A stretch of DNA of 64,000 nucleotides from Nemertoderma westbladi (lineage: Eukaryota; Animalia; Xenacoelomorpha): the NCBI GenBank assembly GCA_032718475.1, contig JAUCBJ010000044.1, positions 3,661 through 67,660 of the forward strand, read 5' to 3'. Shown here one piece after another: positions 1 through 11,100 of the stretch (positions within the stretch are counted from its first letter, which is position 1; each line of letters begins with the position of its first letter). Made by a program: the position numbers and the translations under genes. The notes beneath the pieces were generated by a model. It was not told the origin of the DNA and ran no database searches. It saw nothing but the letters and a program-made list of their open reading frames with translations.

Positions 1-2
1 TT

Positions 3-530
3 GTATTAAAAACATTAAGGGAAGAAGTTGAGGCAAGAGAGATTGCAGCACAACAACAGGAAAAAACAGATGTAAAACAGGCAGCCTGGAAAAGCTTCAA
101 TGGTGAAATTGGTACAGCATCGGCATTGTTAGAAAATAGCAATTCAAGATTTAAACCCGCTGTTGCTAGATATACACGTAGGCCGGATAATTGTGTGTAT
201 TGCGACAAAGCACATCGCAGTACTGATTGCGAACAATTCTATAATATGCAAAGCCGAATTGTGCGGTTGCAGCAATTAAATAAATGTTTTTCTTGTTTGG
301 GGGAGGGACACATTGCTAAGGAATGTGCAAGGAAAATTAGTTGCATCATCTGCTCAAGGCCACACCATATTTCTCTGTGCAGTAGAGTTTCTGCGCCATT
401 TTATGGAAAAGCCGATGTAAAATATAGAACAAATTATGAGCGTCAAGGTCCAGGATATAATGTTGGGTTGGTTGAAAACTATCCAATTCCAACGCCACCT
501 AGAGGGGAGATCAAGAATGGTATATATCAA
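3..530 (+). mobile_element. gag: BEL/Pao LTR retrotransposon gag fragment (three Cys/His knuckles)
   Basis: Frame open from position 3 (VLKTLREEVEAREIA...). It contains CVYCDKAHRSTDC, CFSCLGEGHIAKEC and CIICSRPHHISLC, the triple zinc-knuckle arrangement typical of BEL/Pao Gag. Confidence 0.85.
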
Positions 531-703
531 GCCTGGTATTGTTCTAGTAGTTTGGGTTGTTTTTGCATCTTCTTTAATAGAGTTTCGTACCTACGCTCAG
601 CTAGGTAATAATTATTAGGCAAATTAGCCTTTTGCGATGAAATCCATGGTAATTTAATTTCGTATCTTCCATTGATCATCTCTGGTTGTTCAATAAAATC
701 TAA
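530..703 (-). mobile_element. BEL/Pao pol fragment (pre-RT region), inverted relative to gag
   Basis: Minus strand reads GRYEIKLPW...LPNNYYLAERRYETLLKKMQKQPKLLEQY, matching the conserved BEL GRYxVxLPW...LPxNYxxAxxR segment upstream of RT. Confidence 0.8.
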
Positions 704-724
704 GTTAAAATGTGAATCCGGATT

Positions 725-909
725 GAAAAATGCCATATTCTTCTGATTACATGTAATTCGTCTAGAGCGGTACATTTTGAATTACAAGAAAGTATAGATG
801 CGGAGTTTACTATCCGTGGTTTAGATAGATTCTTTGGTCGCAGGGGATATCCAGCAACAATTACTTCCATTATCTGAAGTTATTGTTGCTGGATATCCCC
901 TGCGACCAA
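725..909. mobile_element. BEL/Pao integrase core fragment with fold-back duplication
   Basis: Plus strand reads KCHILLITCNSSRAVHFELQESIDAEFTIRGLDRFFGRRGYPATITS (BEL TCxxxRAVHLE...RFxxRRGxPxxIxSDN). Positions 876-909 are the reverse complement of 834-867, and the minus strand reads GRRGYPATITSDNG. Confidence 0.8.
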
Positions 910-2858
910 TGAGGCCATTGACATTTTACAATCAAGGCCCCCCGCCGTCTCTCGTCCACCCATTCGACCGCCGAAGCAGGAGTCGCCAACGTTGTAGCGG
1001 GCGGACGAGGGACAACGGGCGACAAATCATGAATATTTCGCTCGGGGTCCAGGACCTGAACTGTCTCCTGGGCAGTTCTACTGGGCATAGGTAGCTTAGT
1101 GCTGTGCAAAGGGAATTGAGAAGTAGGTTCAGGGAGTACAGGTGTCTCTACGACCGAAAGGGTTGCTTCGGGAACAGGCCTAATTATTTCAGGCTCATCT
1201 ACTATAGTAGGGAGTCTTTCTATTGTAATTATTTGGTCTGTGGGTTCTGTACTACCTAAGTTGGTGTTATTTAGTTGCCTTCTAACAGCTGGAGGCAAAT
1301 CAGGCAATTTCTGACGGTGGAATGTTCTTTTACGTCTGCTTAGGCGAGATCGATTTCCTCCGCCTTCAGTGTCGGTGGTATCGCCTTCCTCAGATGATGT
1401 ATAACCCTGTCTTTTGGGAGTAGATCGATTCATCATCTGCATATTACTAGCTGTTAACTGTTTACTGAAGTCGTCTTGCTTCTCTTGAAGATTTTCCAAC
1501 TCCAGTTGGGCGATCTCTTCAGCCGCTCTCCGTTCTGCTTCCGCCACCGCTGCCGCTTTTGCCTCTGCCGCTGCCGCTGCTGCCGCTTTTGCCTCTGCCG
1601 CTGCTTCTGCTGCTGCCGCTTTTGCCTCTGCCGCTGCTCCTGCCAAGGTCGCTTTTCTTTCTGCCTCTGCCACTGCTGCTATCTTTCTGTCTTCTATACG
1701 TTTTTTCCTTACTTTTTCTTCTTGGTCTCTAGCGATGCGGAGTTGTTCATCGAATTTAGCTTGGTTCGCCGCTAACCTATCCACATCAATTGCATCCAAC
1801 ACACGCTGGGCTCCTTCACTATTAGGACTAAGTCCCGCTAACCTTCTCCTCAACTCTTCATCTCCCAAAAAACGCTGATAGTCTGACAGATAGATGTCAA
1901 TGGCATCCCTCTTATGCGGTTTCTCTGCCGTCGCTTCACTTTCCACTTGGGAAAAAGTAGCGTCCGTTGATTCTCCATGGGTTGAGCGCTCCTCCAGCTG
2001 AGCTTTCCACTGAGCTGTTCCTTGAACCTGGCGACTCACCCGTTGAAACCAAGTCTTTACGGCAACTTGCAACGACGTGTCTTGTCTTCTTTTAGAAGCC
2101 TCTTCAAAGGCTGATAATATTAGCCTGATTCGCAGAATTCTTTCTCTAACTTGATAAAGCAGTTGTCCCTGCTCTTGAGGTCCCTTTGGTTGTTGAAACA
2201 TTTGTTTTTCTACTCGCTCCATAGAGCTGAAGAATCCCTGTGCGTATCCGGCTGCGGACCTCTTCCACACAGCTGGATCGATGGTTTCCTGGGCTACTCC
2301 CATCCGGTGTATGTCTTCCCAGGCAGCTTCTGATAAATCAAATGGGAGTCCGGGTCCGGGGAAGTTCCATTGTGACTCGACCATAGACTTCAGTTCTTCC
2401 CTTGTGTATCCCTCATATCGATCTTTAGTTGATCGCTTACTTCTCGCCCAATCGATCTGGTGTTCTTCCACTGCGATCAATAACCTAGTGAGTACGGCTG
2501 CAGGAAGGATGAGAAGGGGATCCGAATAAACCGCATCCGTCATCCTTGCTCCGCGCTCGGGTGTCAGTTCTACAGTATCTTCACTACTGGAGCTGTCGGG
2601 CCGCTGAGAAATAAGTTCTTGGCTCGCGGGTTGTTGCTGTTCCGCTGCTTCTTGGTCCCGCTTGACCTGAGCTCGAGTGCCTATGATAGACCTACGATGT
2701 TGGACCAGCCTAGGTTCTGTTATTACTACTGGAGGGATGACCTTCCTCACAGTGGGAGGTGAACTGAACTTAGGACTAGACGGTTCTACACCTCTGTCTG
2801 AGTCGCAGATAGTTACATCTAATAAACTGTCTGACAGGTTCTGTTTAGTATCAGACAT
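870..2858 (-). CDS. Orphan intronless ORF (about 660 aa; first ATG at 2858) with coiled-coil/Ala-rich repeats, probably a transposable-element ORF truncated at about 940
   Basis: About 2 kb uninterrupted frame in GC-richer DNA. It has a Ser/Pro-rich N-terminus, a helical middle, EAKAAAA repeats (about 1545-1680) and a Pro/Thr-rich tail. The last 20-odd codons are read-through into BEL fragments. No family motif recognised. Confidence 0.6.
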   Translation of the reverse strand: MSDTKQNLSDSLLDVTICDSDRGVEPSSPKFSSPPTVRKVIPPVVITEPRLVQHRRSIIGTRAQVKRDQEAAEQQQPASQELISQRPDSSSSEDTVELTPERGARMTDAVYSDPLLILPAAVLTRLLIAVEEHQIDWARSKRSTKDRYEGYTREELKSMVESQWNFPGPGLPFDLSEAAWEDIHRMGVAQETIDPAVWKRSAAGYAQGFFSSMERVEKQMFQQPKGPQEQGQLLYQVRERILRIRLILSAFEEASKRRQDTSLQVAVKTWFQRVSRQVQGTAQWKAQLEERSTHGESTDATFSQVESEATAEKPHKRDAIDIYLSDYQRFLGDEELRRRLAGLSPNSEGAQRVLDAIDVDRLAANQAKFDEQLRIARDQEEKVRKKRIEDRKIAAVAEAERKATLAGAAAEAKAAAAEAAAEAKAAAAAAAEAKAAAVAEAERRAAEEIAQLELENLQEKQDDFSKQLTASNMQMMNRSTPKRQGYTSSEEGDTTDTEGGGNRSRLSRRKRTFHRQKLPDLPPAVRRQLNNTNLGSTEPTDQIITIERLPTIVDEPEIIRPVPEATLSVVETPVLPEPTSQFPLHSTKLPMPSRTAQETVQVLDPERNIHDLSPVVPRPPATTLATPASAVEWVDERRRGALIVKCQWPHWSQGISSNNNFR

Positions 2859-2984
2859 GTTGGTTTGCACAGTTGAATGCCTACTGCTATATTACAGTTT
2901 AAGCAAGTCTAGTAATTCAGAGTTAACTGCTAGCCTAGTAATTAATTACCGATACTGCTACTCAGTGTAGCGTGATATATATAA

Positions 2985-3370
2985 TATATTAGAATACCGG
3001 TATGCTTATAGTATATATAACTATATAAGTATTATTACAGACTAGGTTTATCACAGAATACCGGTATAATTTTAGCACAAATATATATAAATATATAATA
3101 GGCCTATCGGGAATACCGGTATACAGCTTACAGTTTGTAGTATATATAATTCTGGACTAGAATTAATTAGAAGTACCGGTATAATTTCAGCCTAAATTTA
3201 TAGAAATAAAGATAATAGGCCTATCGTAAATACCGGTATGCAGTTTACACTTATAGTGTATATATATAAGTATAATTACAAACTAGAATTAATTACAGAA
3301 TACCGGTATGATTTCAACCTAAAATTTATAGAAATAAATATAATAAGCCTATTGTAAATACCGGTATATC
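2985..3370. repeat. Degenerate ~60-bp tandem repeat (7 units, alternating dimer) with TACCGGTAT core
   Basis: TACCGGTAT recurs at about 2995, 3059, 3114, 3174, 3231, 3301 and 3359. ACTAG...TTA and ATAATAGGCCTAT spacers alternate. Confidence 0.8.
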
Positions 3371-4319
3371 AATTATTTTAAATAACTGAATTTCTGAATT
3401 TTAAGGGTTACTTGGTTACTTTAACTTACTTTATTGCCGTTATTTAAGCAGTAGTCCAACTGATATTGAGACCTAATTGTTGTATGGCAGGCCTACTATT
3501 TATAAATCGTTTGAGTTGATTTATAATATATATATACCCGTTTAATGGGTTTTGTCAATGTTGAAATAAATGTTATTATTTCTGGGGAGTCACTACACAT
3601 AAGCAGTGCGCTCTCAGTGGAGTGCTACTTGTTGGACACTAAAACAAATAATTCTAATTTAACTAAGTTACTTAATACTACAAATTACGTACAATTCGGG
3701 TTGAGATTACAATCTCTAAATAAACACAAAAATTTAATTACAAATACACAAATACGAATTTTTAGGGTAATTTTACAAGAAGTCTACAAACCAGCCTAAC
3801 AAAGGATTAGAAATCTGGTTATTACAACGGACAGGGTACTGCGGTATTTGAAAATAATATGTAGTAGTAAATACACTGCGTTGTCCAGATAGGAAAATAC
3901 CACCGCCTGACGACCTATAGCCGTATCGCTATAGGTACTACGTTATGTATCACGGAGTGTTCCTACCTAGAAGTTAATAGAGCTAATCGAACGTGCCTAT
4001 CAACCACTTTACAACACAAATATAATGCCTACACTAATTACTTTCGGAAAGCACTGTACACTAAACCCTAAATTAGGTACGAGTACTTGTACAACAAATA
4101 ATCGGTAGTTAAAAATACTTGAACAGCTAAAAGAACCACGGCATCTGCTGGAGTGACCGGTGCACAAAATCACCAGTCTTTACCTACGCCGAGCAGCCCG
4201 TATAGTACCGGGGTTAGTTTAACTATAACGGTATGTATATCAAACACAATTACTGTAGGAACAAACTTGGGGAAGGAATGTTGCAAATAATCGCATAAAC
4301 TCTGAATAATAAATATTAC

Positions 4320-4880
4320 GCTACGCGTACAAACCATTCAAACAAAATGCAGACCAAATACTGACAGACTACTATCAAGCCTAAACAAACTACGGTATAT
4401 GTAGACTCCGAAATGGTTAAGTAGTATGCGTTCTAACCCAGTAGTACGACTTATTCTTTAGATGGGGGTTTACCTTACAGCAATGGCTGCCCCTACTTCC
4501 TAACCGTTCTTTATCGGACAGATGCTTTACACACACCGAAATTTCCTCAAACCCAACAGCAGCCAGACAACTATCCAGCCTACAAATTATCTAAATAAAA
4601 TTATACGCTACCCGTACAGACTACACAAACAAAGTACAGACCAAACGCTGGCGGACTCCTATCAAGCCTAAATAAACCACAGGACATGCAGACTCCGAAA
4701 TGGTTAAGTAGTATGCGTTCTAACCCAGTAGTACGACTTATTCTTTAGATGGGGGTTTACCTTACAGCGATGGCTGCCCCTACTTCCTAACCGTTCTTTA
4801 TCGGACATACACTCTACATGCACTGCAATCCGTTCAGACCTAATCAACAGTCAGCCAACAGTCAAGCCTACAAATTATCT
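4320..4880. repeat. 287-bp tandem duplication with a near-identical 118-bp self-complementary core
   Basis: 4403-4520 and 4690-4807 differ at one base, while the flanks carry many substitutions. Confidence 0.9.
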
Positions 4881-5159
4881 GTACAATCTGAGCAGGCTTA
4901 CACGCCTTCTGCTCAATACTGGCCTACAAATAAATAAAACTTGACAGAAACAAGTAAAATCTCAATAAAAAACCAGGGCTGCAGTCCCTGATTAATTATT
5001 AAGGCCTACCGGTATATAATTATCAAAATCGAATAATACTGCTGTACCTGTACTGCTGTAGGTACCGGTCCGGGTGGTTAGGTAGTCAGGCCTACTGGGT
5101 ACCGGTTGCCGGTACTTCAGCTTTATTGCCTACTGCAATACAGAAGCTATATCTGTTAT

Positions 5160-7750
5160 TGTTTGCGCTATTGAAGACCTTTGACAGTTTAACCTGCCAA
5201 AATTAGAATGTCTTTTGGATGATAGATAGTCTTTAGCCTATGACGAGTATTTGATACACTACATTAGCCGAAGCCAGTCTATGCGCAATCATTCACCCGT
5301 TGGATATACCCGGGAGACTGAGTTCGGGGCTTAATGATTGATGGTGTAAGCCTACTGTATTATTCGACTGATCGTAATATATAATCTCTGACAAATATTA
5401 TTCACTTTCGGGAAATATTAACAGTTCCTTTATGACGTGGCGCTCTAAATATGTAAACAGAGTTATGACTTAAACTAGACACAACGAAAAGGCTATAGAT
5501 TCACGTATATGGCGCATTCTTTAGGAGATGCTTTGTTATCAGTTACACTCATACACAATGCTGCACAATACTGCACACTAATCTGCCGACCTTCACTAAA
5601 TTTGGTCACGTATAAAGAGAGCAACAGACAATTTATGTTGGGCATATGAAATAGCATTAGATTCACTTCAAACCACTCAACATACATAGGTCGCAATCGT
5701 TTATCTGTAACCGGTCTCTCTAACCTTTAGTATATCAAGAAGGTGGGGTGTCTGACTATTGATCAGTATTCCGATATAATAATTCATCAACAAATATAAC
5801 GAATAACCAACAGCAAAAGCAGTAATATTAATAATTTATGGATAGTAAATGAGTGAATAGCTCGTGATAACAGATATACGTTCTATAATTAAGCCTACTA
5901 ATGTAAGACTAAAAACTGAAAACACGGAGGTGCCAAAAGCCGGTTCTTAGGCTCTGGGCAAAAACATAACACTGAACTACTGAGTTTCTGTATACATCTC
6001 CAACACAGAGACAACAAACGCTCTGATTGGTCAACCGAACAACGAGAGAACAAAGAAACAAAGAAACGTCGACGTGGCAATATCAGCTGTTAGCCGTCGT
6101 CATGGTAGCGACACTGTTTTCAAGAGTATCTAGCTTATCGCGTCACGAGATTGCGGATTATGTCCTCTAAAGTACAAATACATAAGAAATGACTTTTATG
6201 TCCTCTAAAACACCAGTACAGCAAGGACACGGCCTTTTTATGCCTGGCAAACCAACTACAGAGTACTTTAAGGGAAAATAACCGGTTAATGACGCAAAAG
6301 CTTTTACACCCTTGGTTCTGGATTAAGGACCCATATACTTGGCTGCAGGGGTATATAGCCTGGCCAGGCAGATGGTGATCTACCAATGGCTGGTCAGGAG
6401 TAGAGTGTTCTCATGTCCACTCTGAGTGCACTTCACTGCGACCTGCACCTGTTCGCGCCGCGCCGCTGTTGGCAGTTAGGGGCACCGGAGCAAAAATATT
6501 TCCTTTTGATATTACTGCGATCAGCGTGCTGCATGGCAGCAGCAGCTGCATTATATATATTACATATATATTAAGAATGCTGTGCCGGCTTTTTGACAAA
6601 ATTGTCCTCAGCAGTTAGAGCCCAGCATGGACTCCCATAGAGGATGTTCGCGCTTTTAGACCTTTAACAGTTTAACCTGTTAATTTATGTGTCTTATGAT
6701 GTCTGACAGCCCGTACAAAATATGACCACAGCAGAAGCCAGTCTAGCGCGGCATATGACCCACTGTGTGTGGGAGACTGAATTCTATAGCCGAGAATGGG
6801 ATAGGCTACTTTGTATTATTCGATTGATCTCTACTATATAATCTCTAAAAACTATGCTTATTTTCAGGGCAATACCAACAGTTCCTTTAGATGCTGCGCT
6901 TTAAATATCAGACCGAGTTATGACTTATACTAATTACAACGGGGGGTTATGGAACATCACGGTTATCAATTCTTTAGGAATGTAGAATTATTCGCTCACA
7001 CTCACTTTACTGACAATAATACTGAATTTGCTTAATTTGCCGACTGTTAACAATTTTACTCATATATAAGGAGAAATTTAGCTCACTTATGTTGGGGTTA
7101 TGAAATAGCATAAAATTCATACAGACTACTGTAATTTGAGACAAGCAATTGTTACTAATGCTTCCCTTCTGCTTACCTCAATAATAAAGAAAGTTAGGGG
7201 AAATTATCGATTATTCCTAAGTATTCTCAAAATATAAGCATCCATTAAATATGTTACCAAACAACAATGAATAACAGTATAAAAACAGTATAAAATATGC
7301 GCTGCCGGCATTCAATCAGCAGTCAGATGTTTGCCGTAAGTACAGCAGTAGTGAAGTACAAGAGATAATATATTGTGGATGATAACCCTCTGGCAGTCTG
7401 GCCATGGATGGTCTCGGGCAGAAGTCAGAATGAATCATTTTGTCGCACTGCGGCTTATTCATATGTAAACAAGGCCTTGATAAATCGTAAAGTGAAAATC
7501 GTGTTGATTGGACGGAAAATAACATAGAGCATACGGGACAAAGAGAAATGCTGGCCAATGGCTGGTGATTTCGTCAATATAGCTCCGTACCAAAATAAAC
7601 GCTAGAGGGCATAAGATTTATACGTTCTCCAATCTCTGGAGATAATGTCAGTTTTTAGAGTAGTTCGCGCATTTCACAAAAACGACACATTTTTGCCGCA
7701 AAAGCTTTAACAGAGGAGTACTGGAACTACTGCTGTTCTAAATAATCGGA
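5160..7750. repeat. Diverged ~1.48-kb tandem duplication containing a putative structured RNA module
   Basis: Colinear conserved blocks at an offset of about 1.48 kb: GACCTTTRACAGTTTAACCTG, GAAGCCAGTCTA, GGGAGACTGA, TGTATTATTCGA, TATATAATCTCT, AACAGTTCCTTTA, GAGTTATGACTTA, TTCTTTAGGA, TATGAAATAGCAT and GCAAAAGCTTT. Confidence 0.75.
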
Positions 7751-7846
7751 CCTTAAGTTTCCGATTAATTCTTTGTGACTTCCAAATCCTGGAAAGCCTA
7801 TTCAAGGCTGCCCATGCCTTTCCCTTACGTATTCGAAGGTCCTCAC

Positions 7847-8136
7847 TGTTATATACTGATAAGTTACTTTCAGTTTCCTTTGAGGTGGTGGTTTGGATCT
7901 AAGTACTTTAACAGTTTTTTAATATAACTACCGTTTGCATGCTGGGATATGGTCTGATGATGTACTGCTGTACTGACATGCTGAATTATTTAAGTGCTTC
8001 TGTACTTCCCTTTAAATCAGCCTACCGTGTCTGGTATGGTTGATAAACCGGACCTGTACTTAATAAATCTGGGATAATTAATACCTAATACATTTTACTT
8101 TATTTCTTCTATACTTCCGATGTGAAGGATACAACA
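7847..8136 (+). repeat. 5' LTR (290 bp)
   Basis: TGTTATATAC...GGATACAACA; direct repeat of 12702-12991 with 4 substitutions seen; contains AATAAA. Confidence 0.95.
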
Positions 8137-8146
8137 TGGCGCAGCG
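8137..8146 (+). promoter_or_regulatory. Primer binding site, probably tRNA-Ser
   Basis: TGGCGCAGCG lies immediately after the 5' LTR and is complementary to the ...CGCUGCG-CCA 3' end of animal tRNA-Ser(UGA). The tRNA assignment is from memory. Confidence 0.7.
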
Positions 8147-8179
8147 TATGGCTTGACCCAGCGGGCTCAAAATTCAGCA

Positions 8180-11100
8180 ATGTCTATAGAATCGGATGAC
8201 TGGTTGGAACTCACTCCGGATGAAATAGAAGATCTGGATCGCCAGTCGTTAATTAAACACTGCACATTCGCTGGTGTTTCTTTCGATGCCAAAACATCAA
8301 GTATGATAATGCGTAAACGTTTACTGAAACTCCTCCAATCCGGTGAGGAGTCGAGCATACCTCCAGTTACTCAATCCGTCGACCTAGCTAACTTGCTAAT
8401 TCAACTCGAACAACAACGCCGCGAAGATAATTTACGCCGCGAACATCGGGAAGAACAGCAACGGGCTGTCGACGAACAACGCTGCACCGACGAGCGGGCC
8501 GAGATGGTCCAAATCCTGGCTCAGTTCGGACGCGCACCTCCTGCTACTGGTACCGGTCCGACAATTTCTCGAACTTCCGATCAGGCGAGCGCGAAGCTAC
8601 AACTTCGAACTCCCGATATTCTCGAGGTCGACATGCGATACCGCCAGTTTAAACACTGGGAATCTACTTGGAGGAACTACGTTCGTGTCACAAAGTTGAC
8701 AGATAAACCCAGGGAAGATCAGATTGCTGCTCTCTTCTCCTACTGCAGCTCGGACTTACTGAACCGCATCCACTATACTATGGGAATTCCCCAAGACACT
8801 GATAAAACAATGGATGAGATTCTTACCGAGATTCGCACCTATCTTCGGGGCGAACAAAATGTCGCTGTCGATCAGTATAAATTACTGAGTCAGCGACAAC
8901 AGGAAGGCCAATCGTTCGAGGAATTTTACGTAAAACTTCGTGAGTCCTCTGACGACGCAATGATCGAACAGATGACGCCAGACGATTGGATTTTAACCCT
9001 GTTGATCTGTGGAATTTCCGACGACGAAACGCGTTGCGAGGTGTTTGGTAAAAAACCCCCCCTCGATTTAACACAAACTGTGGATTTCTGTAGGAGCCGC
9101 GAACTCGCTGCCATTGAAGGAAAACGTCTCAAGGGCAACACATTGGCTGCTATAAAGCAGAATAATGGTGGGCAACGTTCACGATCCAAAAGTCGATACC
9201 GACAAGCTAAGGAAGGTCGGAACCTTAGCCGTTCTCCGTCCCATGGTGGAGGACCTACTAAAGCGTGTTACCGGTGCGGCGGGCACTGGCCGCACGACGG
9301 CAATAAACCGTGCTGGGCGTTGGATAAAAATTGCGCTAATTGCGGAAAAAAGGGACATTTAGCAAAGGTCTGCAATAATAAAACTGCAAAAAAAGGTAAA
9401 CAAACTGGGGCAATAATCCAAGCCTACATTGGGGAGAATTGCCGGAAACCGGTAGTCTCGATTAACTTTCATCGTCCCGGCGGCGACGATAATTTATTTC
9501 TAGGGAGCAAAAACTGTATTGCTGACACGGGGGCGCAGGTGATAGCTGCCGGTACCGATATTCTGGACGACTGGCATATAACACGACGCCTTCTGAAACC
9601 ACCAGACGCTCCCCTACTCACCGCTAACGGCGACCAGATCCTGTGCGATGGGCGAGTAAAACTTAAACTGAAACTCGTTGACGCGGAACATTTAGATTGG
9701 GTTTACATCTGCCCTGAAATCACCCAGGGTGAGATTTTCCTTTCACTTGCGGCCTGTAAAGGTTTGGGGATAGTTCACCCAGACTTCCCGCATCCAATCC
9801 ATTCTATAAACTCAGTGGATCTTCTCCACCCGATACCCGATCTGGATAAACCCGAATCCGGAAATATTGGAGAACCTATCGAATATATTGCTAAGATTAA
9901 AGCAAAAATCATTGCTGAATACGCCGATGTGTTTGGTGATGGACACGGCCTGAAAGCTATGGTCGGACCGCCAATGCGAATCGAGCTTAAAGGCGACGCG
10001 GTCCCGTTTAAACTGTATACACACCGCGCCGTTCCATTCGCTTTCCGAGAAAAAGCGAAAGAAACTATTGATAGTATGGTAGAGAATGGTATTATCGAGC
10101 GTGTGGGTGACAGACCTACTGAATGGTGTCACCCACTGGTTGTTTGTAGTAAACCGAACAGCCCGGGCGAAGTTAGAATAACTGTTGACTTGACTAAACT
10201 CAATTACCAAGTGAAGCGAACCGTCCACAATGCGCGCTCCCCCCGCGATATTGTTTCAGCTCGAATTCCGGGCTCCTGTTTATTTTCCACATTAGATGCC
10301 AAAACGGGTTACTGGCAAGTGGAACTTGAAGAGAAATCTAGAGATTTAACAACTTTTATTACACCATGGGGTTGTTTCCGTTACTGTAGGGCCCCCATGG
10401 GTTTTATTAGCACAGGCGATTCCTACAACTATAGGGGAGATATGGTGTTACAAGGGGTCGATGGTGTTAATAAAATTGTAGATGATATACTCCTCGAGAG
10501 TTCAAACCTCGAGGAACACGTCGAGTTAGTGCGTGATGTGCTGCAACGTTGCCGCGATAACTCGATTACATTAAATCCCAAAAAATTTCACTTTGCCCAA
10601 ACAAATGTGAAATTCGCAGGTTACATTATATCTGCAGACGGAACTGAGGCGGATCCAGAGAAGGTTCGAGCCATACAGGACTATGAAACTCCGCAGAACA
10701 TTACAGATCTTCGTAGTTTCATGGGGTTGGCTAACCAACTCGGCTGTTTCTCCTCAACTGTCAGTGCTGCTGCAGTCCCATTACGTGACATCCTACGGAC
10801 CAAAAACGAGTGGATTTGGACGGCAATGCATGAGGAAGCGTTTCGCGCAGTGAAACTCGCTTTACTCCAGCCCCCAATCCTCGCTCCTTTCGATCCATTA
10901 CTGGACACACGTTTGGAGGTTGATGCCAGCCGTAAATTCGGGATGGGGTATGATTTAATACAACGACATGGCGATATTTATAAACTCGTCGCCTGCGGTA
11001 GTCGCTTCCTAACGGATTGCGAGACGAGGTGGGCGACTATTGAACTCGAGTGTGCCGCGATAAAATACGGTATTTCCAAATGTCGTTTATATCTAGAAGG

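Noticed and set aside
1476-1775. Cys-rich 99-aa plus-strand ORF
   Set aside because: It is the antisense shadow of the Ala-rich repeat in the long minus-strand ORF.
3905-3945. CTGACGA followed by a strong hairpin (hammerhead candidate)
   Set aside because: The stem is followed by TACT rather than GAAA, so the catalytic core is incomplete.
5493-5696. Small minus-strand ORF as the explanation for the duplicated module
   Set aside because: The frame is not preserved in the second copy (indel and early stop), whereas base pairings are.
7930-7990. CTGATGA in the LTR as a hammerhead
   Set aside because: No GAAA after the putative stem II.
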